From assembly GCA_965249135.1 (NCBI GenBank), contig OZ252220.1:992001-1056000 (forward strand): DNA of 64,000 nt. The letters are read 5' to 3'. Shown one piece after another: positions 49,256 through 58,819 of this stretch. The stretch is from Alphaproteobacteria bacterium (lineage in GTDB: Bacteria; Pseudomonadota; Alphaproteobacteria; GCA-2746255). Numbering within the stretch: the stretch's first letter is position 1; the number at the start of each line of letters is the position of its first letter. A model generated the notes under the pieces. It had not been told where the DNA came from. It worked only from the letters and a program-made list of their open reading frames with translations, and made no database searches. Position numbers and translations under genes: made by a program.

Positions 49256-50122
49256 GATGGTCAAGCCCCTATCTACTTATCCCGTCGCGGAATATGTGGT
49301 TTTCGGATATGCCGCTGAAAGGCGGGCTGAGTAATCGATCATTATTGGAATCCTGCTTGCCCCAAGCTGTGACAAGTGTACTCCTCTAATCTTCGTTTTG
49401 TGTCAAGTAGACTCCTCTTTTTTCCATCTGTGTCTTGGATGCCCCCACGGTTGACACAGCCCGTGCCGCCGCAGCCGTTCGTCTAGTGACGCGCCGATCG
49501 GGATTTTTTAAAAATCTTTCCGAAACAACCGCCCGATTTTAAGCAACGTACACGTTGCAACTCAAGACCACGGCAACGCCAATGTACCTAAATTCGGAAG
49601 AACCATTGCCAGTGCTAACGGTCCGTTACGACAGAAGCATTCTAATTCCAAAATAAAACCGCACTTGACGTCCGCAGAGTTTTCAGCGGCCATTTTGTTC
49701 TGAAAAATTTCGGCGGCAACCCGTTTGCTGAAATACTGCAAGGGGGGGACCCATCCGCCATCGCCCCCATCGGGGGGTGCGCCTAAACCCTTGTCATCTG
49801 CCACGTGGTAGGCGCCGGCCGCAGCGCTCATCCTAACTAAGGGTGGGTCTAGCGTTGATTCTATTGACATTTTAGCCAAGCTGGGCGTGTTTTGAGCGGG
49901 ATCCGCGCCCAACAGGTCACGGCACAAGCCAGAATTAACCATGATTAGGTTAATTAATTTCCCTATTTGCCTGCAGGATGACCCCGGCAGACCCGTCTTT
50001 TTCCTTACATCTCTGGGCCTCCAAGCGTAAAATGCTTACATCCTCAAGGGCAATGGTGCCCGCCACAAAGCTTACGGAATTGACTTTGTGACAAAGCTAT
50101 TGACCCACTACCGAATTGTTGG

Positions 50123-50647
50123 TCATGCCGGCATCGCCCTCCGAAACCGCGCCATCGTCTTCGCAACACTTTCCTGGGTTGCCCTTGGCCTTGCAGCTTC
50201 CATGGCCTCTGCCTCCCTCCGCTTGTGTTCCTCGATGTGCTTTCTTGCATAGAATTCCAGCCGGTGTTGCTCGTTCCGAATCTCGTTCAGCGCCTCCACG
50301 ATCTCCGCTCGTGCCGGAAGGAATTTCTGCTTCCGCGTGACCCGGTTGATGGCCTCCTTCGCCGCCGCTTCCGGTGCTTCTGCCAACACACTCACGATCG
50401 CGCGGAGGTAGATTTCCGGCTCGTGGGGTTGATGGGGGTAAGACCCGACCAGAATCCCTACGATCTCGCTTGCCCGCTCCGGCCCGCAGGGCTGCCATTG
50501 CTTCAACATTCCGATCATGCGGTGGCAGGTTCCGGCCGGAACCAGTTGCGTGTGTTGGTCCGGTTTTCCAACTCGGGCCAGATAGCCCAACACTTGCGCG
50601 TTCTGGTCCCGAAACGCCGCCGGAATGGCTGGGAGGTTATGCTGCAT
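50123..50647 (-). CDS. Replication accessory / helicase-loader-like protein
   Basis: KFLPARAEI; follows the initiator gene. Confidence 0.55.
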   Translation of the reverse strand: MQHNLPAIPAAFRDQNAQVLGYLARVGKPDQHTQLVPAGTCHRMIGMLKQWQPCGPERASEIVGILVGSYPHQPHEPEIYLRAIVSVLAEAPEAAAKEAINRVTRKQKFLPARAEIVEALNEIRNEQHRLEFYARKHIEEHKRREAEAMEAARPRATQESVAKTMARFRRAMPA

Positions 50648-51395
50648 CGGATTCCCCTAATTCAGCCTGTAAAGCATCGACGGCCTGCATGGTCTTGGAT
50701 TTGGGCTTCGGCATGGAGGCCGCCATCAGCCACCCCACCGGATCGGCCTTCTGCCCGTTCTGGGCCTCGATGAGCAGCCGGAACACCGCCTCGTGGTCGC
50801 CGCCGCATTTCTTGAGCAGTTTCCCCAGGACCGGCCGGAGTTTTCCCTCTGGCTTCCCGGTTTCCTTCATCAGCCATTCGAGCCCGGAACCGAAAAGAGC
50901 CTTCGGCCAATCGTCTGCCCGGACGAACATCAGGGGGATGGGCTCGCCAGAGCTAGATTCCCGAAGGGAATCTGTATGTGAAGGTGAAGGTGAAGGTGTA
51001 TCGGTTTGCCTATGGCTAATTGGTGGGTCTGCTATAGGTGTACCATCCTTTTGCCATCGTTTTTCTGCTCCCCTTTTGCCTGCCTCTGCCTTAGCGGCGA
51101 CCATGGCATTCGCCCTCGCAAGCTCGGCATCTATCCGCTTGTGGTGCCAGGCTCCGTCCACGTCCTTAAAGAACCGCTCTATCTTTGGCCTTAATTTCAA
51201 CCACTCGCGCTTGCTGTCACAGCAGGCGATTCGCCATAGCCCGTCATCATCGTTCGCCAGGGGGGTTCCAGAACACCAGTAATGCTTGATGAGCATGAGA
51301 TAGGCCCCATGCCCCATTGCGTTCAGGTGCCCCGTATCACGGAGATAATCCCCCCAATAGAGCGGCATCCACGTATCCGGCCGGGCGGCGGTCAT
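50637..51395 (-). CDS. DUF1376/YdaU replication initiator
   Basis: WMPLYWGDYLRDT.HL...HGAYLMLI..YW; W.HKRI..EL; AGKRGA..RW. Confidence 0.85.
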   Translation of the reverse strand: MTAARPDTWMPLYWGDYLRDTGHLNAMGHGAYLMLIKHYWCSGTPLANDDDGLWRIACCDSKREWLKLRPKIERFFKDVDGAWHHKRIDAELARANAMVAAKAEAGKRGAEKRWQKDGTPIADPPISHRQTDTPSPSPSHTDSLRESSSGEPIPLMFVRADDWPKALFGSGLEWLMKETGKPEGKLRPVLGKLLKKCGGDHEAVFRLLIEAQNGQKADPVGWLMAASMPKPKSKTMQAVDALQAELGESDAA

Positions 51396-51730
51396 CCCCC
51401 TACTCCCGTTTGATCTTCTGCCAACGCCAGGGATCTGGAGTGGTTTGGTATCCACGTAAGAAGCCCGCGCGAGCGAAGTTGTGTGGTGACGCGATGGGCG
51501 GTTGACTGAGATTCCACACCGATCGCAGCAGAAATTTCACGAAGGGACGGGGAATAACCGCGTTCTTCGATGAACCCGCTTACAAATGCAAGAACATCCA
51601 TTTGCCGTTTGGTCAGCCCTGCTTTTGGTTTGCTGAAAGACCCAAGCAAACGATGTTCAACCTCTTCCTCGAAGGAACGGCCGGATTCCCTTGAGGCGTT
51701 TTCCAGTAAAAGGCGGAGTTTGGGGTTCAT
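51392..51730 (-). CDS. LexA-type HTH DNA-binding protein
   Basis: LTKRQ.DVL.F....GYSPSLREI....G..S.ST; no peptidase domain. Confidence 0.8.
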   Translation of the reverse strand: MNPKLRLLLENASRESGRSFEEEVEHRLLGSFSKPKAGLTKRQMDVLAFVSGFIEERGYSPSLREISAAIGVESQSTAHRVTTQLRSRGLLTWIPNHSRSLALAEDQTGVGG

Positions 51731-51798
51731 GCGGCCTCCGGGTATTCGCGTACCCGTAAATCCTTGGGCCAATGCTTTCTCTGTTCGAATTTAATCAT

Positions 51799-52761
51799 TC
51801 AATATCTCACCCCTGCGAGAAGTTCATCGTCGCAAAACAGGAACGGCCCTTCATCCGAAGCAAATTTCATGGAGATTTCGGAATGTTCCTTGTGGGACAG
51901 AAGCATCCCAGAAAAATGTTTCTGGCCGAATAAGACTTCTATGCCGCCGCCAGAAAAGGTTGTTTCATAGTGGACGAGCGCCTTACCTTTCCCGGCAGTA
52001 AAAAGCGCCGTTGTGCCTTTACACACCATTCTGAACGGCCCGCCCGCGATCGCCATTGCGCTCATCGCAGCCGTTAAGTCGTCGCGGATAAATGTCGTTA
52101 TGTTTTTTGCGTCTTTCGGCCAGATGCGTTCTATATCCGGGAACCTGCAGTTGATCAGTTTTGAGGACGCGGCAGTTCCATCTTCACCGTGCCATGTAAC
52201 CATGCGATCCGTTGCCGAGCAGGCGATTTCTTCGCCGCCATTGCGGACCAGGAATTGAGCAAAGACCCATGGAATAATGATGCCCTTCTCTAGTGTCGCG
52301 TGAGCCTTGCGGCGCGCCGCCCTCTGTGCGTTTGTCGCCTCTATGCGGCCGTTACAAGCAAAAATTCCGCGCAGTTCCCATCGCCCGCTGTTCTGGTCGC
52401 ACGCGCCGATGATCCCCGCCAAGTCCGCAGACGTGAAGTGAATGTTCGGTTTTTCTGGCGCGTGTTTTAGGCCGGAAAATACTTCTGCCGGTAGCGTTGG
52501 CAGAGCAATCGCGGCCCCCCCGGCCTTCAGTGTAAGAACGCCGCCTTTGAGGTCTGCGGAGATATGTTTATCGCCAATCAATTTTATGAAGGAAAACAAT
52601 CGCCTCCCATCGACGCAGCAAGGCGGGATGCCATTGGCCCACGCTACCGGGGCGTCAGCCCACTGATCGAAGTTCGTGACGGAAACGGTCCCGCTTTCTA
52701 TGCGAATATCGGCGGTGAGATCGCCCGGCCCGCAAAATGGCAGGATGCGATCAAGCGGCAT
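51799..52761 (-). CDS. Divergent DNA polymerase III beta-clamp-like protein
   Basis: LPTLPAE.F, RWEL.GI, ATN..RA, SKLI..RFPD..RI.P. Confidence 0.7.
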   Translation of the reverse strand: MPLDRILPFCGPGDLTADIRIESGTVSVTNFDQWADAPVAWANGIPPCCVDGRRLFSFIKLIGDKHISADLKGGVLTLKAGGAAIALPTLPAEVFSGLKHAPEKPNIHFTSADLAGIIGACDQNSGRWELRGIFACNGRIEATNAQRAARRKAHATLEKGIIIPWVFAQFLVRNGGEEIACSATDRMVTWHGEDGTAASSKLINCRFPDIERIWPKDAKNITTFIRDDLTAAMSAMAIAGGPFRMVCKGTTALFTAGKGKALVHYETTFSGGGIEVLFGQKHFSGMLLSHKEHSEISMKFASDEGPFLFCDDELLAGVRY

Positions 52762-53164
52762 TATTTAGGGCCTCAACGATTTTCTCTGCGGTGTCCCGGC
52801 CGAAGGCGCAGGCGATGGGGAAATTTCCACCAAGCTTCCCGTCGATGATATTGCAGCAATCGCGTTCGCTGCCTCCGGGCCCGCCCTCATAATCCGATTC
52901 TGAAATTTCTCCGTTCTGAAATTTCTCCGTAGAGAATTCATAGTCGTATCTGTTTAGCTGGGCCTTCGTCTTCATCGTCTCGTCTCCATGTAGGCCTTCA
53001 CGAATTCCCATACTCTTCCCGCATCCGCCCGATGATCCGCCGGTAATGCGCCCAGCGCCACGGCAGGACGAGCTGAAACGGATTGCGGAACAACGATTCC
53101 GCGACCCCAAGCAGCGTTTCAAAATGGGCCAGCGCCCAGGTGTGATCGTTGTGGATGGTGCGGG

Positions 53165-53698
53165 TCATGCGGCGTCTTCTTTTTTGGGATCTCGCCACAT
53201 CACTACCATTGCATTGCTGAGTGCTTCCATGAGAACTGGGATCGGCACTCCGACAGAAACAGTCACCCAGCCTTCGTTTTTGGCAACGATCTTTGGGTGT
53301 TTTTTTATCCATTCTCGGTGATTCGCCCGCCACGCCAGGCGTAGGGTTTGGAATGGCAGCAAGTAGCACATGCGGGAAGGTACGAAAGCGTAGGCTATAA
53401 AATCCGTGGCCAAGTCTTTGGCAACCCAGCCTGGTGTTTTGCAGTCGCGGTCACTCCAATATTCAAGGCAAATGTCGGGATAGACTTTATCGCGGACCTT
53501 CTCATCCACCGAAAGAGTCTTGCCGCTTTTAAGCGTGAGAACGCGATCAATCCCGCCGCGTTGAGCCCAGCCATCATTCCTAACGCAAACGGCGCTGGCA
53601 AGATCTGGAAATGCCGCTCGATAAACATCAAGCCACCATGACGCGTCGGCATGGGCGTGCGACTTGGCAAGGCTGTTGGAGAAGTTATGTATTGTCAC
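53165..53698 (-). CDS. PD-(D/E)XK nuclease-like protein
   Basis: Q..GID...SVDEK.R...PGW. Confidence 0.6.
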   Translation of the reverse strand: MTIHNFSNSLAKSHAHADASWWLDVYRAAFPDLASAVCVRNDGWAQRGGIDRVLTLKSGKTLSVDEKVRDKVYPDICLEYWSDRDCKTPGWVAKDLATDFIAYAFVPSRMCYLLPFQTLRLAWRANHREWIKKHPKIVAKNEGWVTVSVGVPIPVLMEALSNAMVVMWRDPKKEDAA

Positions 53699-54729
53699 GC
53701 CGCCTCCGCCTCATCACCCCAACCGTCCCAGCCTTCCCGCGGTTCCCCCCGAAGAAAAAGTTCCAGGCGATTCGCGTCTGGGTACATTTGTTCGATGATT
53801 TCATAAAACTCGTCAGGCTTGGCGCTGTGCTGCAGGCGCGGCGCGTTTACCACTGAAGCTGGGCGTGCCGATTCGTCAGGCGGTGGTAACTCACCCCGCT
53901 TCCCTATAAGCAGGATTTCATGCTTGTTACGGGCGTGGTAGCCCATGCCGATCTTGTCTTTCACCCAGACCATGCAAGTCCGATAGGTGAAGCCCCAGGC
54001 ATCAATAACTTGGAAGCATTCGGCGAGTTTGGGTGCCGTTACCCACAGAAAAAGCATGGCGTCTTCCGCCGCAACGCTGTCCACTCCTAATGCACAAATC
54101 TCATCTAAATCCATTGTGGAATATTGGTTTTCAATGCTGCGATTCGAGCCGCCGATAGGCGGATTTTCGTACCGCCAAGGTGGATCTGCATAAATGACGG
54201 TGTATTTGCCTGATTTCAGGGCTCCCAGAGATTTTGCTTTGCGGATTTTGTCTTGGCTTCGACGCCTGACGTGCGTTCTCAATTCGTTACGAGACCAACC
54301 TCCTTTTTCAGCCTTATCGAGAAATTTGTCCTGCTCGTTAGGCTCAAGGGAGGCCACTTCCCTGTGGTGATTCCATGAAAGAACTTCGCGCCGGCGCGAA
54401 GTTTCAATCTGACGCGCAACCCAACCGGCATCGGCTAATGTTTGAAATTTATACCCCTCGCTACCAACCGCCTGGCTCGCCCGTTCCCCATAACTATGCT
54501 CGCCATAGGCCCACCAGTCTCCCACCCACCACATGACGCTCCCGCCGGCGCGTTGGAGCCATTGGCCTGCCGCTTGCCATTCTTCAAACGTCAAGCCGTG
54601 CCTCAATTCAAGGCCGGCCGGATCTAGCCTGCCAGGTATTAGAATTGTAGTTTCTTGCTTGACGGGCTTCTTGGTCACGCCCCCGCCCTCCTGATTGGTA
54701 ATTCGATGTGTGTTAGACTTAGATTTCAC
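53695..54729 (-). CDS. MT-A70 family adenine methyltransferase
   Basis: IYADPPW, LFLWVT, WGF.Y, HS.KP, LELF.R; N-terminal WW.GDW domain. Confidence 0.9.
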   Translation of the reverse strand: MKSKSNTHRITNQEGGGVTKKPVKQETTILIPGRLDPAGLELRHGLTFEEWQAAGQWLQRAGGSVMWWVGDWWAYGEHSYGERASQAVGSEGYKFQTLADAGWVARQIETSRRREVLSWNHHREVASLEPNEQDKFLDKAEKGGWSRNELRTHVRRRSQDKIRKAKSLGALKSGKYTVIYADPPWRYENPPIGGSNRSIENQYSTMDLDEICALGVDSVAAEDAMLFLWVTAPKLAECFQVIDAWGFTYRTCMVWVKDKIGMGYHARNKHEILLIGKRGELPPPDESARPASVVNAPRLQHSAKPDEFYEIIEQMYPDANRLELFLRGEPREGWDGWGDEAEAA

Positions 54730-55013
54730 GCCGCCTCCTTCAATAATTCGCGCACCTTCTCAAGGGGTTCTCTTTGCGTCCCGTAACGCGCCTCCCAGGT
54801 TTTCACGCCCTTGTGAAGGGCTGCGCCCCGGGGGCCGTTCTGGTGGTGCGGCAGGCAAAGTGGAATCGTCTCAAAGTGCGATGCATGCCGTCCCATGCCC
54901 TGCCCGGTCAGGTGGTGGATGGAGGCGGGAGAGAAGCAGTGGCCTTCATTGCGGCAAACGATGCAACCAAGCGCCGCAACGCGGGCGAGGTGGTTCTTCT
55001 CCTCGCGTCTCAT
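54726..55013 (-). CDS. Ref-like HNH recombination-enhancement nuclease
   Basis: LGCIVC, IHH, GMG, IPLC..HH. Confidence 0.8.
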   Translation of the reverse strand: MRREEKNHLARVAALGCIVCRNEGHCFSPASIHHLTGQGMGRHASHFETIPLCLPHHQNGPRGAALHKGVKTWEARYGTQREPLEKVRELLKEAA

Positions 55014-55089
55014 GGAGCCTCCACAAAAAAAGCGGCACCACCGGGCTTAGGGTCCCGGGGTGCCAGAGGGAGGGAGGAAGAAGAATTTC

Positions 55090-55542
55090 TCATAGCTTCG
55101 AATCCCGATCGAGGCCGCCTACGAAGCCTTCCATTTCCGTGATGAGTTCTCGAATCTGCTTTGCGATTTCGATCTTCTCGATATGGTCGAGCCGGCCGTC
55201 GCGCATGGCATCGGCCAGGGCGTGAAGCCGCGCCGAAATCTGGGCGACCGCCGTGTGGCCGCAAGGGTCGATCGGCGCAAGCCAGCGCGCACCCGCCTGG
55301 TCGGAAAGGGAAAGCATCTGATTCGTGAAGGCAGGCCCCAGCACCTTCTTGATCGTGGCGTAATTGCCTAAGCCAGGGGTTGCCTCGCCGCCCTGGTAGG
55401 CGCGAATCGTCCGTCCGCAAATTCCTGAAATTTCACTGAAAAAAACTGCAGAATAGGGCCGTCCCATCCCAACGCACATTCCGAACGCACGGTGGAAATG
55501 CCGCTGGGCAAGTTCATGGGAGATAAGAGGTTGATCCGCCAT
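55090..55542 (-). CDS. CII-like regulator
   Basis: HTH plus C-terminal A.ADGR.D..E; downstream of cro. Confidence 0.6.
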   Translation of the reverse strand: MADQPLISHELAQRHFHRAFGMCVGMGRPYSAVFFSEISGICGRTIRAYQGGEATPGLGNYATIKKVLGPAFTNQMLSLSDQAGARWLAPIDPCGHTAVAQISARLHALADAMRDGRLDHIEKIEIAKQIRELITEMEGFVGGLDRDSKL

Positions 55543-55647
55543 CGAAACCCTTCTCTTCCCCTCCTATCTTGGCTGCCATGTGGCGATCAATCGGTGACGT
55601 AACGGCGCGCTCGTTCAGGCTGCTGCTCTTATGTGGCAGCGATTGGT

Positions 55648-55854
55648 TCAGGCGGCTTCGTTATCACCGAAGAAGTCGTTTGGCTGGACCGTGCCGCCAG
55701 TTGCTTCTGAAAGGCGGCGGATCAGGCCAACGGAGGGCGTTTGTTCGCCAGTCTCGATGCGAGAAATTGTGGATTTAGACGCGCCAGCCAATCGAGCAAG
55801 TCCCTCCAAACTTAGGCCCATAGAGGCACGATAGCGGCGTAATGGGTGCTCCAT
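55648..55854 (-). CDS. Cro-like XRE HTH protein
   Basis: HTH plus TGG.V.PNDF; divergent from cI. Confidence 0.85.
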   Translation of the reverse strand: MEHPLRRYRASMGLSLEGLARLAGASKSTISRIETGEQTPSVGLIRRLSEATGGTVQPNDFFGDNEAA

Positions 55855-55862
55855 GACATTTA

Positions 55863-55949
55863 ATGTTGCACATGGTGGAACAGATAGTCAAGCCGTTTGT
55901 GCCGTCCAGTGGTAACGCCAAGAACCAGCATGTTTCATATAATGCAACT
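55863..55949. promoter_or_regulatory. cro/cI control region with two 19-bp operators
   Basis: TGTTGCACATGGTGGAACA (55864), TGTTTCATATAATGCAACT (55931); minus-strand TTGACT-N17-CAACAT; TATAAT at 55938. Confidence 0.75.
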
Positions 55950-55950
55950 T

Positions 55951-56292
55951 ATGCCGCATAGAACATCAAACCCCAAATACAAACTTGGGCACACATTCAT
56001 TCGTGAGTGGCGCAACCATAGGAATTTATCCCTTGATAGGCTGGTTGATCGTCTTGTTGAGCGAATTGAAATATCAAAATCAAGTCTTAGTAGGATAGAG
56101 CGAAGCAAGCAGCCGTATACACAGCCTATTTTAGAGGCCCTAGCTTGGGCGCTTAACTGTGATCCGGCCGACCTAATTATGAGAGACCCGAAGAGTGAAG
56201 TATGGACTATATGGAACAATATTAAGGACTTACAACCCAGAAAGCAGCGACAGATCGCTAACGTGGTAAGGGCGCTTATAGAGGTGGCATAA
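55951..56292 (+). CDS. CI-like XRE repressor (short, no S24 peptidase)
   Basis: IREWR..R.LS...L...SLSRIER..QPY; start uncertain (55930/55942/55951). Confidence 0.85.
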   Translation: MPHRTSNPKYKLGHTFIREWRNHRNLSLDRLVDRLVERIEISKSSLSRIERSKQPYTQPILEALAWALNCDPADLIMRDPKSEVWTIWNNIKDLQPRKQRQIANVVRALIEVA

Positions 56293-56299
56293 ATGTGCT

Positions 56300-56587
56300 T
56301 TAACTATGCAAGCGGTCGTAGGCGTATTCTGCCGTCATCTTAAGTGTTACGAACCTGCCGAGTGGTCGTAGCCTCAACACACTTTCTGACGGTTGTATTG
56401 GCCACCAGCCAACTGACGCTAGGCCAAGGCGTGCAAGGCCAATTCCAGAAACCGACATGAGGGCAATGCCACCCCAGAAAATCCACCACCATGTGGCTTG
56501 GGCAATCAGGCCTGTTTCTGTAATCGCTACCATGGCGATTCCAGCACTAGTAAAACCAACCCAGGGCAGCCAGCGCCAAATACCCAT
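56300..56587 (-). CDS. Small membrane protein convergent with cI
   Basis: Two Trp-rich hydrophobic helices. Confidence 0.45.
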   Translation of the reverse strand: MGIWRWLPWVGFTSAGIAMVAITETGLIAQATWWWIFWGGIALMSVSGIGLARLGLASVGWWPIQPSESVLRLRPLGRFVTLKMTAEYAYDRLHS

Positions 56588-56722
56588 ACAACCCCCAGTC
56601 TTGTTGGCGAGACAAGACCGCGGTTATACCCCAGATTCCTCTCAATTTCGCCCATCAGCTTCTTCCTTAAAAAGGCTCTAAAGTAGCCGCCACCGTTAGT
56701 GCGTGGAATATCTTATGCTCGA

Positions 56723-56775
56723 TGTTCCGTGAGGTGCAACTTTTTCTTGACACGCTGTTCCGTCTAGTGCAACAT
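56723..56775 (+). promoter_or_regulatory. Early promoter with two operators
   Basis: TGTTCCGTGAGGTGCAACT and TGTTCCGTCTAGTGCAACA flanking TTGACA(56747)-N17-CAACAT. Confidence 0.8.
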
Positions 56776-56801
56776 ACCTCCAACGATCAACGGAGGCAGC
56801 C

Positions 56802-57116
56802 ATGCCAGAATACCTCACCCCCCGAGACGCGGCCCGCGAGGCAGAGAGCCTGGAGAGCGAGAAAGCAATCCTCGCCCGGCTCCTCGAGGCGTTTGACGCC
56901 TTCCTCTCGGCCACTAGGGACGCCATCGGCGACCTAAATCATCCCTCCGAAATCGAATCCTTCCTTGAAATGCTGGAGTCAGCCGACGCCGACTACTTGA
57001 GAGCGGCTTTCCGGGAAATCAACGAAAAGATCAGCGAGGCCCGTTCCGCTGAGGACACCTTCTACGAAAACCAGGAACGCTCCCAGACCGCCTTCCGGCA
57101 GGCAGGTGTGCGGTGA
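56802..57116 (+). CDS. First early-operon protein (acidic, helical)
   Basis: GGAGG RBS; its 3' end is part of the amplified unit. Confidence 0.75.
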   Translation: MPEYLTPRDAAREAESLESEKAILARLLEAFDAFLSATRDAIGDLNHPSEIESFLEMLESADADYLRAAFREINEKISEARSAEDTFYENQERSQTAFRQAGVR

Positions 57117-57775
57117 CGCATCAGATTAAAAATCGTTTTAGCGGAGCCGTCATTTTCGAGGCAGTTACGGACCTGCGTGGGGCGGACCTGCACGGGGCGG
57201 ACCTGCACGAGGCGGGCCTGCGCGAGGCGGACCTGCGCGAGGCGGACCTGCGCGGGACGAACCTGCGCGGGGCGGACCTATTCGATGCGGACCTGTGTTG
57301 GGCGAACCTGCGCGAGGCGGACCTGCGCGGGGCGAACCTGCGCGGGGCGGGCCTGCACGGGGCGGACCTGTGCGGGGCGGACCTGCGCGGGACGAACCTG
57401 CGCGGGGCGGACCTGCGCGGGGCGGACCTGTACAAGGCGGACCTGCGCGGGGCGGACCTGCGCGAGACGGACCTGCGCGGGGCGGACCTGTGTGAGGCGA
57501 ACCTGCGCGGGGCGGACCTGCGTTGGGCGGACCTGCGCGAACAGGGCATTTTGCAAATCAATGGCGGCCTGGCCTGGCCCATTTTAATCTGGCCAACCGA
57601 AATGACTATCGGCCGTGAATGCCACACCCATGAAGAGTGGAGTGCGTTTTCCGACCGCAAAATTGCTGCGATAGACGGCAAGAATGCCCTGACGTTCTGG
57701 CGCGAAAATAAGGACTGGCTTTTAGATCGCTGCCGGTGGGCCGCCACGTTCCAGAAAAAAGAGAGGGCGTCATGA
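57113..57775 (+). CDS. Pentapeptide repeat protein, copy 1 (25 repeats)
   Basis: A(D/N)Lxx repeats between a conserved N-cap and C-terminal domain. Confidence 0.92.
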   Translation: MTHQIKNRFSGAVIFEAVTDLRGADLHGADLHEAGLREADLREADLRGTNLRGADLFDADLCWANLREADLRGANLRGAGLHGADLCGADLRGTNLRGADLRGADLYKADLRGADLRETDLRGADLCEANLRGADLRWADLREQGILQINGGLAWPILIWPTEMTIGRECHTHEEWSAFSDRKIAAIDGKNALTFWRENKDWLLDRCRWAATFQKKERAS

Positions 57776-57873
57776 CCCGGCAGGCCATCCAGGAGGCCCG
57801 TTCCGCCGGGGACACCTTCTGCGAAAACCAGGAACGCTCACAAACCGCCTTCCGCCAGGCGGGTGTGCGGTGA
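57772..57873 (+). CDS. Chimeric linker mini-ORF (33 aa)
   Basis: MTRQAIQEARSAGDTFCENQERSQTAFRQAGVR; ATGA and GTGA overlaps. Confidence 0.6.
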   Translation: MTRQAIQEARSAGDTFCENQERSQTAFRQAGVR

Positions 57874-58724
57874 CGCATCAGATTAAAAATCGTTTTAACG
57901 GAGCCGTCATTTTCGAGGCAGTTACGGACCTGCGCGAGACGGACCTGCATGGGGCGGACCTGCGCGAGGCGGACCTGCACGGGGCGGACCTATACGGGGC
58001 GGACCTGCGCGGGGCGGACCTGCGTGTGACGGACCTGCACGGGGCGAGCCTGCACGGGGCGATTCTGCACGAGTCGGACCTGCGCGGGGCGAACCTGCGT
58101 GGGGCGAACCTGCGCGGGGCGGACCTGCGCGGGGCGAACCTGAGCGGGGCGGACCTGCACGGGACGATTCTGTGCGAGGCGGACCTGCGCGAGGCGAGCC
58201 TATACGGGGCGGACCTGAGCGGGGCGGACCTGTGTGGGGCGGGCCTGCACGGGGCGGACCTGCGCGAGGCGAACCTGCGCGAGGCGAGCCTGTACAAGGC
58301 GGACCTATACGGGGCGAACCTGAGCGGGGCGGACCTATACGGGGCGAACCTGAGCGGGGCGGACCTGCGCGGGGCGGACCTGCACGGGGCGAGCCTATAC
58401 GGGGCGGACCTATACGGGGCGAAGCTGAGCGAGGCGGACCTGCACGGGGCGGACCTGCGCGGGGCGAACCTGCACGGGGCTGACCTGAGCGAACTGGGCA
58501 TTTTGCAAATTAATGGCTTGGCCTGGCCTGTTTTAATCGGGCCAACCAAAATGACTATCGGCTGTGAATGCCATGCCCATGAAAAGTGGAGTGCGTTTTC
58601 CGACCACAAAATTGTTGCGATGTACGGCAAGAATGCCCTGACGTTCTGGCACAAAAATAAGGACTGGCTTTTAGATCGCTGCCGGTGGGCCGCCACGTTC
58701 CAGAAAAAAGAGAAGGCATCATGA
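57870..58724 (+). CDS. Pentapeptide repeat protein, copy 2 (38 repeats)
   Basis: As copy 1; most diverged C-terminal domain. Confidence 0.92.
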   Translation: MTHQIKNRFNGAVIFEAVTDLRETDLHGADLREADLHGADLYGADLRGADLRVTDLHGASLHGAILHESDLRGANLRGANLRGADLRGANLSGADLHGTILCEADLREASLYGADLSGADLCGAGLHGADLREANLREASLYKADLYGANLSGADLYGANLSGADLRGADLHGASLYGADLYGAKLSEADLHGADLRGANLHGADLSELGILQINGLAWPVLIGPTKMTIGCECHAHEKWSAFSDHKIVAMYGKNALTFWHKNKDWLLDRCRWAATFQKKEKAS

Positions 58725-58819
58725 CCCGGCAGGCCATCCAGGAGGCCCGTTCCGCCGGGGACACCTTCTGCGAAAACCAGGAACGTTCCCAGACCGCCTT
58801 CCGCCAGGCAGGTGTGTGA
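58721..58819 (+). CDS. Chimeric linker mini-ORF (32 aa)
   Basis: ATGA and TGATG overlaps. Confidence 0.6.
   Translation: MTRQAIQEARSAGDTFCENQERSQTAFRQAGV

Larger units (their letters stand above)
46823..49284 (+). mobile_element. IS1595-family element with a passenger methyltransferase
   Basis: 25-bp terminal IRs CGGGAT(G/A)AGTAGATAGGGGCTTGAC (24/25 match); no clear target duplication. Confidence 0.9.

Noticed and set aside
50975-51060. Iterons/origin inside the initiator gene (GTGAAG x3)
   Set aside because: Explained by the PSPSPS linker; too weak to call an origin
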